A stretch of 24,000 nt of DNA, taken from the NCBI GenBank assembly GCA_016202975.1, contig JACQNR010000116.1, positions 1 through 24,000 of the forward strand, given 5' to 3'. The stretch's first letter is position 1. Each line of letters begins with the position of its first letter. Source of the stretch: Acidobacteriota bacterium. Lineage in GTDB: Bacteria > Acidobacteriota > Terriglobia > UBA7540. The position numbers and the translations under genes are program-made. Of the stretch, positions 1 to 9,439 are shown piece by piece. The notes under the pieces are model-generated. The model saw only the letters and a program-made list of their open reading frames with translations, did no database searches and was not told the DNA's origin.

Positions 1-413
1 AAATCGATCTTGTTGATGACGGGCAGAATCGCCAGCTTGTTGTTCATCGCCAGTTGCGCGTTGGCGAGAGTCTGCGCCTCGACGCCCTGGGAGGCATCGA
101 TCACCAGAAGTGCGCCCTCGCACGCCGAGAGGCTGCGCGAGACTTCGTAAGAAAAATCTACGTGGCCGGGCGTGTCGATGAGGTTGAGCTGATACTCATT
201 GCCGTCCTGGGCGTGATAATGCAGGCGGACGGCGTGAGCTTTGATGGTAATGCCGCGCTCGCGCTCGAGGTCCATCGAGTCGAGGACCTGGGCCGACATT
301 TCGCGCTTGGTCAGAGCCCCGGTGATTTCCAGCAGGCGGTCGGCCAGCGTGGATTTGCCGTGGTCGATGTGGGCAACGATGGAGAAGTTGCGTATGTAAC
401 GAGAGTCCGTCAT
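1..413 (-). CDS. lepA: Translation elongation factor 4 (LepA), N-terminal GTPase domain; the gene continues beyond the left window edge
   Basis: Absent from the ORF track because it has no stop in the window. The reverse complement of 1..413 starts with ATG (413..411). It reads [32 protein letters not shown]...[17 protein letters not shown]...[40 protein letters not shown]...LPVINKID. The G1 (AHIDHGKST), G3 (DTPGH) and G4 (NKID) motifs sit in the EF4/LepA arrangement. The listed + ORF 54..419 is its antisense shadow. Confidence 0.93.
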   Translation of the reverse strand, partial: MTDSRYIRNFSIVAHIDHGKSTLADRLLEITGALTKREMSAQVLDSMDLERERGITIKAHAVRLHYHAQDGNEYQLNLIDTPGHVDFSYEVSRSLSACEGALLVIDASQGVEAQTLANAQLAMNNKLAILPVINKID

Positions 414-524
414 CTATAGGTCAGAGCGCCAAACCAGTAGGGAAGTAGTGCCGGTGGAAAAAGTCCCGTAGACCTGATGCGGCAGAGCGGAACCTGATCG
501 ATTTCGCGGTTGTATCCAAACCCT

Positions 525-553
525 TTGAAAATCTAGCAGAACGGGGTTATCCT
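525..553 (+). promoter_or_regulatory. Candidate sigma70-type promoter for the TPR-GAF-GGDEF-like gene
   Basis: TTGAAA (525..530), a 17-nt spacer, then TATCCT (548..553), lying in the lepA/TPR divergent intergenic region. Pattern match only. Confidence 0.25.
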
Positions 554-614
554 GTCAATTTACGCGAACTTGTATTCGGGTGGGCCGAGCTCACCCCCAT
601 TTTTTCGAGAAGCT

Positions 615-3146
615 ATGCCCGACATCAACAAACTTTTCGAGAAGGCTGAGAAGTATCTTCAAAAGCAGAAGTTCGAGTCGGCTCTGGAAACATACCAGGA
701 AATTTACAGGTACGAGCCGAACGACGAAGATGTTCTGCTTAACTTGGGGGACATCTGCCTGCGTTTGAATCGCAACGCTGAGGGTGTCCGCTACCAGTCC
801 CTACTGGTTGATTACTACACAAAGAAGAACGACTCCATCAAAGCCATTGCGACCTGCCGCAAGATCCTCAAGGTCATGCCTCAGGACCTCAACACGCTGA
901 CGAAGCTTGGGGCCTTGCTGGAAAAGACAAACAAGTCCGCCGACGCCCTCGACGTGTATCGAGAGATGCTGGCCATACACCGGGCCGCGGGAGCTGCCGT
1001 GCCGGCTCTGGACAGCCTGGTGCGCATCGCCAAACTGGATCCGAATAGCCTGAATGCTCAGGTCGAGCTGGCTGAGCAGGCCGTCAAGAACCGGGTCCCT
1101 GCGGTGTCGGCACCGGCCTTCCTGCAAGCGGCTCTTCTCGCCAGAAAAGCCGGCGACGAAGGACGCTGGGGGGAGTTGGTCGAGCGCGCCCATTTTGTCG
1201 ACCCCGCGAACGAAGACGCAAGTGTTTCGGCCGCAGAACTCTATCTGCAAAAAGACCGCGGCGCGGACGCGGTCGCCCTCCTTGAACCGATTCTTGCCGT
1301 ACGCCCCGATGATTTGACGGTTCTCGAACTGCTGACCAGGGCCTGCGTTCAGATTCAAGACTTCGCCAAAGCCCAACCCCTTTGCTGGAGGCTCTACCAG
1401 GCGAAGCCGGAGGCCATCGACATTGTCGTAAAGCTGACTGAGACGCTCATTGAAGCTGGAAAGACCGGCGAGGCCATGAGCCTGCTCCAGCAATTCAAGC
1501 CCCGACTCCTCCAGCAAGGGAAGCGCGAGGATTACTTGAGAATCGTCGAGCGGATGTACGAGGCGGACGAATCCAACCTGCCCATCCTCGAGGCGCTCTG
1601 CGGGCTTTACAACGACTTGAACAAGGAAGAGGGTCTGCGGCGCTCGCAAGCCCGGCTCTTCGGCTTGTATCTGGCCGGCGAACTCTACGACAGGGCTGCC
1701 GACACGCTTGAAAGAATCATTGACGTGGATCCGTACGGAGCTGGCCACTACGACCGCCTGCTCATGCTCGAAGGGAATATCGACAAGATCTGGTATGACA
1801 ACATCGCCTCCAGAGTGCAGCCTCCTTCCACGAGTCATTCCTCCCCGGGTGGCACCGAAAGCAAACAGGGAGCAGGCAAGATGGGGTTGGATGACCTCAT
1901 TATCGAAGGTGAGATGTACCATCAGTACCAGCTTGATTCGAAGCTGAAGGAGACACTCGCCACCCTCAACCGCCTTTATCCCGGAGAAGAGGAAAAGAAC
2001 GAACGCCTGCGCGATCTCTACCAAGCTGCGGGGTTCGTCCCGGCAGGATCGGCCTCCACATCTCGATCGGCGCCGGGACCAGCGGCTGGATCGGCCGCCG
2101 CGCCGTCTGCTCCACAGCAGGACGCGCTTGACGGCCTGAAGCGAATTTCAGAAATCACCGCCAACATTTACCGTGAGGCATCGCCCCAGGGCGTGATGCA
2201 AGTGGCGGTCAACGAAATCGGGCGTGCCCTCAACGCCAGCCGGTGTTGGGGTGCCCTGGGGGCTCCGGACCGGGCGCCCACCCTCACGGTCGAGTATTGT
2301 TCGCCCACCACGCCCTCATCCGATGTCAGCGCCGCCACGGATATTTACAGCGTCTTCATGCGCCAGGCAGCTTCCAAGCCCGATGGCTGGATCATGCACG
2401 ACGTGACACAATTCCCCGTCCTTTCCTCCGTGAGCGCACAACTGCGAAAGCTCAACCTGCGCTCCTTGCAGGCCCTGCCCCTGATGGACAAGGATCAGCC
2501 AGTGGGGCTGCTCTGCGTCGAGCAATGCGACCAACTCCGTGCCTGGTCGCCCTCGGACGCGCTTTTGCTGCAAACCACGGCGACGCAGGTCGTCATTGCC
2601 GTCAATAACACCAAGCTGCGCCGGATGGCGCCAGGGATGGCGGGTGCCGACCGGACGACAGGCCTGCTTCCAAGAAGTTCCTACATTGGTTGCCTGCTGA
2701 CAGAGGCTGGGCGCGCGAAGGAGTTGTCAAAACCCCTGGCGCTTTGCCTGCTTGAACCGGAAAATCCGGCGAGTCTGACGAAGAGCCTGGGAGATGCGGG
2801 ACTGCAGCAATATCTGGTGCAAGCGGCGAAGATCCTTCAGTCGAACATGCGGCCGAATGATATTGCCGTCCGCTACAGCCCGTGGGCCATCGCCCTGATC
2901 CTGCCGGATACGCCGTTGCCGCAGGGAGGGCTCACATTGGAGAAAATTCGCCGCGCCCTTTTGCAGGAGCGAGTTGATGGAAAATCGTCTCCCAACCTGT
3001 GCTGCGCGATTTGCGATGTCCCTCTCGGGTTGCGCTTTGACGCCGTGGACGGCGTTACGGAAGTCATCAATCGCCTCGAATCGGCCATGGACAAGGTGCG
3101 CCAGGAGGGCGGGAAACGCGTACTTATCTCCGCATACGAAGGTTGA
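615..3146 (+). CDS. Multidomain signalling protein: N-terminal TPR repeats, GAF domain, C-terminal degenerate GGDEF domain with retained RxxD I-site
   Basis: The track ORF is 570..3146 and starts at TTG. The first ATG is at 615 (MPDINKLFEKAEKYLQKQKFESALETYQEIY...), so I prefer 615. About 480 aa form TPR-like helical repeats, followed by an Ala/Ser/Pro linker. The GAF-like core reads ...NASRCWGALG...RSLQALPLMDKDQPVGLLCVEQCDQLRAWSPSDALLLQTTATQVVIAVNNTKL. The GGDEF fold is recognisable from TGLLPRSSY (compare TGLxNRR) and RPND-IAVRY-SPWAIALILPDT. The GG(D/E)EF position reads SPWAI (2877..2891), and RxxD = RPND (2850..2861) lies exactly 5 residues upstream. The DxD metal region reads LEPEN. Confidence 0.8.
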   Translation: MPDINKLFEKAEKYLQKQKFESALETYQEIYRYEPNDEDVLLNLGDICLRLNRNAEGVRYQSLLVDYYTKKNDSIKAIATCRKILKVMPQDLNTLTKLGALLEKTNKSADALDVYREMLAIHRAAGAAVPALDSLVRIAKLDPNSLNAQVELAEQAVKNRVPAVSAPAFLQAALLARKAGDEGRWGELVERAHFVDPANEDASVSAAELYLQKDRGADAVALLEPILAVRPDDLTVLELLTRACVQIQDFAKAQPLCWRLYQAKPEAIDIVVKLTETLIEAGKTGEAMSLLQQFKPRLLQQGKREDYLRIVERMYEADESNLPILEALCGLYNDLNKEEGLRRSQARLFGLYLAGELYDRAADTLERIIDVDPYGAGHYDRLLMLEGNIDKIWYDNIASRVQPPSTSHSSPGGTESKQGAGKMGLDDLIIEGEMYHQYQLDSKLKETLATLNRLYPGEEEKNERLRDLYQAAGFVPAGSASTSRSAPGPAAGSAAAPSAPQQDALDGLKRISEITANIYREASPQGVMQVAVNEIGRALNASRCWGALGAPDRAPTLTVEYCSPTTPSSDVSAATDIYSVFMRQAASKPDGWIMHDVTQFPVLSSVSAQLRKLNLRSLQALPLMDKDQPVGLLCVEQCDQLRAWSPSDALLLQTTATQVVIAVNNTKLRRMAPGMAGADRTTGLLPRSSYIGCLLTEAGRAKELSKPLALCLLEPENPASLTKSLGDAGLQQYLVQAAKILQSNMRPNDIAVRYSPWAIALILPDTPLPQGGLTLEKIRRALLQERVDGKSSPNLCCAICDVPLGLRFDAVDGVTEVINRLESAMDKVRQEGGKRVLISAYEG

Positions 3147-3233
3147 TCCCGCGGCGAGAATTGTTGGGCCCGCACGTGAACGAGTCTGAGCGCGCAACCG
3201 TGGATTTTCAATTGCCAGCGCCTGCCGTGATCA

Positions 3234-4031
3234 ATGGAAAAACAAGCCATGTCCTACGAGACCCTGCTCGTTGAGAGAAGCGGCGCGGTCGCCCGTGTCA
3301 CTATCAACCGGCCCGAGAAACTGAACGCACTCAATGGTAAGCTCCTGGGCGAACTGGAAGATTGTTTCCGTGCCGTGGGGGACGAATCCGAGGTTCGAGT
3401 CGTCATTTTGACGGGTGCGGGCGAGAAGTCATTCGTCGCGGGCGCGGACATCAGTGAACTGTCGGTGCTCTCCCCCCTTGAAGCTCGTGAGTTCGCGCGC
3501 CGCGGACAGCGAGTTTTTGGTCTGATTGAAGACCTGGGGAAGCCCGTCATCGCTGCGGTGAATGGCTACGCCCTGGGAGGAGGCTGCGAGCTGGCGATGG
3601 CCTGCTCGCTGCGCGTCGCCGCTGAAAACGCGCGCTTCGGCCTGCCGGAAGTGAAGCTGGGCGTTATTCCGGGGTACGGCGGCACACAGCGCTTGGCACG
3701 CTTGATCGGGAAGGGAAGGGCGATTGAAATTACTACGATCGCCGAACCGATCAGCGCCCAGGAAGCCTATCGGTTAGGCTTGGTGAATCAGGTCGTGCCT
3801 GCAAAGGACCTCATCACGGTCTGCGAGGCCCTCGCGGGAAAGATCATGGCCAACGCGCCTCTGGCCGTCAAATTTGCCCTCGAAGCCGTGAACCACGGAA
3901 TGGAGATGACGCTCGAGGAAGGCCTGTTCCTTGAAGCGAACCTCTTTGGCCTTTGCTGCGCCACTGAGGATATGAGAGAGGGCACCCGGGCGTTTCTCGA
4001 AAAGCGGCCTCCCAAGTTCACCGGCAAATAA
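3234..4031 (+). CDS. Enoyl-CoA hydratase / crotonase family (short-chain enoyl-CoA hydratase-like)
   Basis: MSYETLLVERSGAVARVTINRPEKLNALN...VVILTGAGEKSFVAGADISEL...AAVNGYALGGGCELAMACSLRVAAENARFGLPEVKLGVIPGYGGTQRL...FLEKRPPKFTGK. Both catalytic Glu contexts (GGGCEL and LPE) are present. An alternative start is ATG 3249 (MSYE...). Confidence 0.9.
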   Translation: MEKQAMSYETLLVERSGAVARVTINRPEKLNALNGKLLGELEDCFRAVGDESEVRVVILTGAGEKSFVAGADISELSVLSPLEAREFARRGQRVFGLIEDLGKPVIAAVNGYALGGGCELAMACSLRVAAENARFGLPEVKLGVIPGYGGTQRLARLIGKGRAIEITTIAEPISAQEAYRLGLVNQVVPAKDLITVCEALAGKIMANAPLAVKFALEAVNHGMEMTLEEGLFLEANLFGLCCATEDMREGTRAFLEKRPPKFTGK

Positions 4032-4103
4032 CCGGCATTCTCGACGACAAAACCGAATTCGCCTTTTGCTCGATATGCGGTACTTGTCGCTTGTCACTCT
4101 GAG

Positions 4104-4526
4104 ATGGCATCTCGAAGAAAAGCCCGCGAGTTAGCGCTGCAGATGCTCTTTCAATGGGAGCAGGGCAAGCACTCTCCTCAGCACGTCGTCCAGTCCTTTC
4201 TCCGCATGCTCAAGACGGACCCGGACGTCGAGCAGTTCGCACAGGAGTTGTTCGAGGGCACGGTTGCCGAAAAAGAAGTTTTGGACCGGCTCGTTCGCGA
4301 GCAGACGGAAAATTGGCGGCTCGAACGAATGGCGGCGGTGGATCGCAACTTGCTGAGACTCGCTGCCTACGAACTCGTTCACCATCCCGAAACCCCGCCG
4401 GCCGTCGTGATCAATGAAGCCGTCGAAATCGCTCGGCGCTACTCCGACAAGGACTCCGTGGATTTTGTGAACGGAGTGCTCGACGCCATCCACAAAAAGC
4501 TCGCCTGCATGCCGACGAAATCCTGA
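4104..4526 (+). CDS. nusB: Transcription antitermination factor NusB
   Basis: A 140-aa ORF: MASRRKARELALQMLFQWEQ...DRNLLRLAAYELVHHPETPPAVVINEAVEIARRYSDKDSVDFVNGVLDAI. Size and sequence pattern are classic NusB. Confidence 0.9.
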   Translation: MASRRKARELALQMLFQWEQGKHSPQHVVQSFLRMLKTDPDVEQFAQELFEGTVAEKEVLDRLVREQTENWRLERMAAVDRNLLRLAAYELVHHPETPPAVVINEAVEIARRYSDKDSVDFVNGVLDAIHKKLACMPTKS

Positions 4527-4563
4527 AAGACATTTTGGTGGATGTAGTGGGATTGGCCGGGGG

Positions 4564-5976
4564 CTATTTCTGTCTTCGAGCAAATTCGGTCATCTCGCCG
4601 AGCATAGCATTGACTTGCTCGCCCCCGGGGGCCTCGGCATAGAGGCGGAGAAGGTTTTCCGTTCCGGAAGCGCGGACGAGGAGCCAAGCGGCTTCACCGA
4701 GGATCATTTTGGCGCCGTCGAGGTCTTCGACTGCCGTAACGTCGAGTCCAGCCACGCTCCCGATCTTCTTTTGGGCCACGTGGCGGACGAGGCGGTGCGC
4801 GACATCGCGCTCAATCTCGAGATCGACACGCCCGTATTCGTGAGGCCCGAATTCCTGATTCAACTCGCGAACCAGGTCGGCCAGGCCATGGTGTTTTTCG
4901 GCCATCACTTCGGCGAGGAGCAAGGCATTGAGCACGCCATCGCGCTCCGGCAAGTGGCCTTTGACGGCAATGCCGCCGCTCTCTTCACCGCCGATCAGCA
5001 CGTTGCGCGTGAGCATCAGATCGCAAATGTATTTGAATCCGATGGGAGTGATGTGCAGGGGCAAATCATATTTGCGGGCCAGCTTGTCGATCAACTGCGT
5101 TGTCGAGAATGTTTTGACGACTTCGCCGTTCAACCCCAGGTCTTCGACGAGATGGCGCAACAGCAGTGAAAATATTTTGTGCGAATCGACAAAGGCTCCC
5201 TTGCCATCGACCGCTCCAATCCGGTCCGCGTCACCGTCGGAGGCAAAGCCCGCGTCATAGGCCGACTCGATGACGGCCTTCTTCAGGCCGGCGACGTGCG
5301 GCTCGATGGGCTCGGGATTGAGGCCCGGGAAGAGCGGGTTATGGTCGCTGTGAATTTCGATGCACGGAATGCGAGCTTCTTCGAACAGGCGCGCCAGACA
5401 GCCGCGCGCCGCTCCATACATCGGGTCGACCACAAACCTGAGCCCCGAGGCGCGAATATGATCCAGGTGGACAAGGGTCTTGAGTTTTTCGAGGTAAGGA
5501 GTGACGAGATCCACCTTTTCGATGGGAGCGTCCTTGGCGCGTCGAGCCCTCGCGCCCCCTCGCATGACCCGGGCGAGTTGGGCTTCAACCTTCTTCATAA
5601 TGGCCGGAGACGCCGAGCCGCCGTAGGGTGCCTTAAACTTGACGCCGTTCCATCGGAAGGGGTTGTGGCTTGCGGTGATGACAATGGCGCCGGAAGTCCC
5701 ACGCGCCACGACGGCATAGCTTGCGGCGGGCGTGGGTGCAGGCTGGCTGGTGAGGAAGACGGGAATTCCTGCTGCCGCGACTTCCTCGGCTGCCGCCTGT
5801 GCTGCTTCTGCCGAAAGGAACCGTGTGTCGTACGCTACTATCAGGCCGCTCGATTTCGAGCTCTCCTTCCGAACGTATTGGGCGATGGCCGCACAGATGC
5901 GGCGAACATTCGCGAAATTGAAATCTTCGCCGATGAGTCCGCGCCAGCCGTCCGTGCCGAATTGAATATCACTCAT
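4564..5976 (-). CDS. Phosphomannomutase/phosphoglucomutase (alpha-D-phosphohexomutase family)
   Basis: All four family motifs are present: ITASHNPFRWNGVKF (catalytic Ser loop), FASDGDADRIGAVD (metal), IGGEESGGIAV (sugar) and VRASGTENLLRLY (phosphate). The track ORF extends to 6150, but the homologous N-terminus MSDIQFGTDGWRG starts at ATG 5976. That is 19 nt after the stop of the upstream gene. Confidence 0.9.
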   Translation of the reverse strand: MSDIQFGTDGWRGLIGEDFNFANVRRICAAIAQYVRKESSKSSGLIVAYDTRFLSAEAAQAAAEEVAAAGIPVFLTSQPAPTPAASYAVVARGTSGAIVITASHNPFRWNGVKFKAPYGGSASPAIMKKVEAQLARVMRGGARARRAKDAPIEKVDLVTPYLEKLKTLVHLDHIRASGLRFVVDPMYGAARGCLARLFEEARIPCIEIHSDHNPLFPGLNPEPIEPHVAGLKKAVIESAYDAGFASDGDADRIGAVDGKGAFVDSHKIFSLLLRHLVEDLGLNGEVVKTFSTTQLIDKLARKYDLPLHITPIGFKYICDLMLTRNVLIGGEESGGIAVKGHLPERDGVLNALLLAEVMAEKHHGLADLVRELNQEFGPHEYGRVDLEIERDVAHRLVRHVAQKKIGSVAGLDVTAVEDLDGAKMILGEAAWLLVRASGTENLLRLYAEAPGGEQVNAMLGEMTEFARRQK

Positions 5977-5995
5977 AAAAGTCTGCCTGCCGGCC

Positions 5996-7087
5996 TTATA
6001 AGAGACCTTTCCGTCCAAGACGGGCCAGTTCTTGTACGGCTTTCCCCACGTCCTGCGAGCGCGCGAGATCCGCGACGAGCAACGCGTCCTCGGTATCCAC
6101 GATGACGAAGTTCTTGATGCCCACGGTGACCACGGTTTTGTGCGGCGCAATGATCATATTACCGCGCGAATCAAGGCTGAGGCTGCCGCGCGGGCGTGCA
6201 TTGCCGTCGCGGTCCTTGCGGGCGAGATCGTGGACGACAGCCCAGCTTCCCACGTCACTCCATCCCATGTCGGCCTCGATCACATAGCAATCGGAGATGG
6301 ATTCCATTACCGCGTAATCGATGGAGACGTTTTCCAGTCGAGGGAAGACTCGTCGCAGCGCGCGGGTTGCACGCACGCCGCCCGCGGCGGAGATCCTGGC
6401 AAGCCCACTCGCCATTTCGGGTGTGGCGCGCTCCAGATTTCGGAGCAGGGTGGCGGCGCGCCAGATGAACATGCCGCCGTTCCAGAGATAGCGACCCGAG
6501 GCGACGTACCGGCGCGCGGTTTCAAGCCGCGGCTTTTCCGTGAAACGGCCGACCACGAAAAGTTGCTCCCCGTCCAGTTTCGCGGCGCGGCGACCCTTCT
6601 GGATGTACCCGTACCCGGTTTCCGGGCGGTCGGGTTTGAGGCCAATGGTCACCGATCGGCCTTGCACGGAAGCCCAGTGGCAGGCGGCGCGGAGCGCGCG
6701 GCGGAATCTTGCCGCCTTGCGTATGACGTGATCGGCGGGAAGAACGATCATGATGCCGTCCGGATCGCGCCGCAGAATTTCATGCGCGGCGAGCCCGATG
6801 GTGGGGGCAGTGTTGCGCGCCGCGGGTTCAGCAATAATTTGCCTGCGCGGAATATCAGGCAGACAGCGCGCGCAGGCGGACTTAAGGAGTTCGCTGGTGT
6901 AAACAAAAATTCGATCAGCGGGCAGGAAGCCTCGCAGGCGGCCGACGGTCTCTTCGAGCAGGGTTTCCTTGCTGAGGAGGGTCAGTAACTGCTTGGGGCG
7001 ACGGCGACGGCTGAGCGGCCAGAAGCGCGTTCCGCTTCCTCCCGCCATAATCACGGCGTAGGCATGTGCAAGGGCCGAGTCGCGCAT
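5996..7087 (-). CDS. manC: Mannose-1-phosphate guanylyltransferase (GDP-mannose pyrophosphorylase)
   Basis: MRDSALAHAYAVIMAGGSGTRFWPLSRRRRPKQLL... carries the nucleotidyltransferase signature GGxGTRxWPLS. The start was chosen at ATG 7087, whereas the track ORF begins at 7138. It lies 7 nt downstream of the manA-like stop. Confidence 0.88.
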   Translation of the reverse strand: MRDSALAHAYAVIMAGGSGTRFWPLSRRRRPKQLLTLLSKETLLEETVGRLRGFLPADRIFVYTSELLKSACARCLPDIPRRQIIAEPAARNTAPTIGLAAHEILRRDPDGIMIVLPADHVIRKAARFRRALRAACHWASVQGRSVTIGLKPDRPETGYGYIQKGRRAAKLDGEQLFVVGRFTEKPRLETARRYVASGRYLWNGGMFIWRAATLLRNLERATPEMASGLARISAAGGVRATRALRRVFPRLENVSIDYAVMESISDCYVIEADMGWSDVGSWAVVHDLARKDRDGNARPRGSLSLDSRGNMIIAPHKTVVTVGIKNFVIVDTEDALLVADLARSQDVGKAVQELARLGRKGLL

Positions 7088-7094
7088 CGTCAGT

Positions 7095-8153
7095 TTATTC
7101 CGCGAAAATGATTCGTTCGATCGTCGATGTCTGCACACCGCGCTTCAGGAGTGGCCGACGGAAATCCTTATCCACATCCGGCACGTAAAACTTCAGCAGC
7201 TGAGTTTTCTCGCGCGGCACGAGCCGGAACTCTGCGGCAGCGGGCGGGATCAGCCACGTGTCGCCACAGTGAAAACCCAGCCAGCCCGCAGGCGTCTCGA
7301 TGCGGCCCTCGCCCGCCAGCACGGACAGCACCTCGACGGCATGCCCCCGTCCGCGGAAGACCGCCCTCTTTTGCAGGTTTAGTTCCTCCAGGGCAAAGTA
7401 CCCGCACGCGGTAACGAAGCGATGAGAACCCCATGGTTCCTTCAAGCTTACGACGGGCAAGTTCCGCAGCGCGGGCGCATCGAGACGCGCGACCGCCAAC
7501 CCTTTTTCGAGGTGCAGCGGTCGCGGTTTCCCATCGAGTCCTTTGCGTCCAAAGTCGTCGAGGCGGTAGGTCAAGTCGGAGTTCTCCTCGACTTCGAACA
7601 GCACCAGGCCCGGGCCGAGCGCGTGGACGGTTCCGGGCGGCATGAAAACCGCTTCACCGGGCCGCGGATGGAACAAGTTCAGGTCCGATCGCGACGTGCC
7701 TTGTTCGAACGACGCCCTCAACTTTGCCGCGGTGACACGCGGCTTGACCCCGGCGAGGTACGCTCCCTTGCGCCCCGAGGACACCATATACCACAATTCG
7801 CATTTCCCGCGCTCCCCGGGATTGAAGCGCGCCGCCTGCGCGTCGTCCGGGTGAACCTGCACGGAAAGCCAGTCGCTGGTGTAGATATACTTGGCCAGCA
7901 GCGGGAAGCGGCGATCCTTCCACATTTCCCCATTCAGTTGCGGCCCAAATTGTTCGGAAGCCTCGCCGAGCGTCATGCCGGCAATCGGGCCATTCATGAA
8001 GCGCGATTCGCTGGCCGTGAGCCACACTTCGCCGATGAGTTCGCCAGGAGGGAACGAAGCGGGTCGCTTGAAAATAGGTTCCAATTTTTCGCGGCCCCAT
8101 ATTTTCGGGAGGAACACCGGCGAGAGCTGCAGAGGACTGTCAAGGTTGGGCAT
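7095..8153 (-). CDS. manA: Class I mannose-6-phosphate isomerase (phosphomannose isomerase)
   Basis: ...PKIWGREKLEPIF...GEVWLTA...RFPLLAKYIYTSDWLSVQVHPDD...GKCELWYMV...AVFMPPGTVHALGPGLVLFEVEENSDLTYRLDDFGR... matches the short bacterial type I PMI pattern, including the Zn-ligand contexts QVHPD and VHA. ATG 8153 (MPNLDSPLQLSPVF) is preferred over the track start 8195. Confidence 0.85.
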   Translation of the reverse strand: MPNLDSPLQLSPVFLPKIWGREKLEPIFKRPASFPPGELIGEVWLTASESRFMNGPIAGMTLGEASEQFGPQLNGEMWKDRRFPLLAKYIYTSDWLSVQVHPDDAQAARFNPGERGKCELWYMVSSGRKGAYLAGVKPRVTAAKLRASFEQGTSRSDLNLFHPRPGEAVFMPPGTVHALGPGLVLFEVEENSDLTYRLDDFGRKGLDGKPRPLHLEKGLAVARLDAPALRNLPVVSLKEPWGSHRFVTACGYFALEELNLQKRAVFRGRGHAVEVLSVLAGEGRIETPAGWLGFHCGDTWLIPPAAAEFRLVPREKTQLLKFYVPDVDKDFRRPLLKRGVQTSTIERIIFAE

Positions 8154-8214
8154 ACTAGGGCAATACGTCCAGCGGCGACCCTGCGCCGCCCTCACCGCGC
8201 TGAAGCCTCAGGAG

Positions 8215-8241
8215 CCGTGACGTGTTCGTATATCGTCACGG
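8215..8241 (-). other. Intergenic hairpin between the aminotransferase and manA (possible terminator or processing site)
   Basis: The perfect 8-bp inverted repeat CCGTGACG (8215..8222) / CGTCACGG (8234..8241) has an 11-nt loop. It begins 5 nt after the aminotransferase stop. No U-tract follows, so it is not a canonical intrinsic terminator. Confidence 0.3.
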
Positions 8242-8246
8242 CCGGT

Positions 8247-9419
8247 TCAAAGTTTCCCGCAGAATTCCTTGAGCCGCCGCACGCCTTCGTCGATTTGCTC
8301 CGTCGAAGTGGCGTAGGAAATCCTCACGTGCGGGTCGGTGCCGAACGCCGGGCCCGGGACAAGAGCCACGTGCGCCTCTTCCAGGAGCTTTTCCGCGAGC
8401 TGCGTGGCGTCCGTAATCCCGTTCTTTCCGATGTAGGCACCCAGGTTGGGATAAACGTAGAACGCGCCCTCGGGCATCCGGCACTTCACGCCCGGAATTT
8501 CGCGCAGGCCCGCCACGATGCGGTCGCGCCGGCGATGGTACTCGGCGAGCATGGCTTTGATGGAATCTTGCGGCCCGCGCAGCGCCTCCACAGCGGCCTT
8601 CTGCGCAATCGAAGTCGGGTTCGACGTCGAATGGCTCTGCAGCTTGAGCATATTGCCCATCAGCTTCGCCTGGCCCAGGGCGTATCCTACGCGCCAGCCG
8701 GTCATGGCAAACGTCTTTGAGAGCGAGCCGACGACAATCAAGTTCTCGCGATCCTTCGTGCTGGCGATCGAATACGGCTTTCTCCCGTCGTAGAGGAAAT
8801 GGCAATAGCATTCGTCGGACATCAGCAAAGCATTGTGCTTGACGGCGACCGCCAACAGCTTCTCCATTTCATCGGGTGGAACGACCGCCCCGGAGGGATT
8901 GGAGGGCGAATTCACGATAATCATGCGGGTCCGCGGCGTGATAAGCTTTTCCACGTCGCTGGCGCGCACCGTGAATCCTTCGTCCTCGCAGGTCTCCAGC
9001 AGCACGACTTTGCCGCCCGCGTAGTTGACGATATCCATAAACGAAACCCAATACGGAACGGGGAGAATCACCTCGTCGCCGTGATTGATCGTGGCCATGA
9101 TGGCTTCGAAAATCGCGTGCTTGCCGCCCACGGTCACGATGCACTCGTCCGGCGAGTAATTGGAAGAAAAGTCGCGCGCGTGCCACTCCACGATCGCTTG
9201 CTTGAGCTCGCGCGTGCCCCCGGCGGGCGTGTACTTGGTGAAGTTCGCATCGAGCGCCGCCACAGCGGCCTGCTTGATGTTCTGGGGGGTCGGGAAATCC
9301 GGCTCGCCGGCGCCAAAGTCGACGACTTTAATGCCGCTGGCCTTCATCTTGTCCGCCTTGGCCATCACGGCCATGGTGGACGACACAGATATTCTGGAAA
9401 TTCGTTCGGAGAACTGCAT
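8247..9419 (-). CDS. PLP-dependent aminotransferase, class I/II (aspartate aminotransferase-like)
   Basis: MQFSERISRISVSSTMAVMAKADKMKASGIKVVDFGAGEPDFPTP...YTPAGGTRELKQAIVEW...VNSPSNPSGAV...GSLSKTFAMTGWRVGYALG. The PLP-lysine motif SxSK and the GEPDF motif are both present. Confidence 0.9.
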   Translation of the reverse strand: MQFSERISRISVSSTMAVMAKADKMKASGIKVVDFGAGEPDFPTPQNIKQAAVAALDANFTKYTPAGGTRELKQAIVEWHARDFSSNYSPDECIVTVGGKHAIFEAIMATINHGDEVILPVPYWVSFMDIVNYAGGKVVLLETCEDEGFTVRASDVEKLITPRTRMIIVNSPSNPSGAVVPPDEMEKLLAVAVKHNALLMSDECYCHFLYDGRKPYSIASTKDRENLIVVGSLSKTFAMTGWRVGYALGQAKLMGNMLKLQSHSTSNPTSIAQKAAVEALRGPQDSIKAMLAEYHRRRDRIVAGLREIPGVKCRMPEGAFYVYPNLGAYIGKNGITDATQLAEKLLEEAHVALVPGPAFGTDPHVRISYATSTEQIDEGVRRLKEFCGKL

Positions 9420-9439
9420 AGGATAATTGACCTCGCTGG

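Noticed and set aside
54-419. 121-aa + strand ORF at the left edge
   Set aside because: It is the antisense shadow of lepA. The minus-strand translation is an unmistakable EF4 GTPase domain, whereas the + strand product has no recognisable features.
801-2024. 407-aa minus-strand ORF inside the TPR gene
   Set aside because: This is a typical long antisense open frame of a GC-rich gene. It is Arg/Gly/Val-rich, has no motifs and lies entirely within a well-supported + strand CDS.
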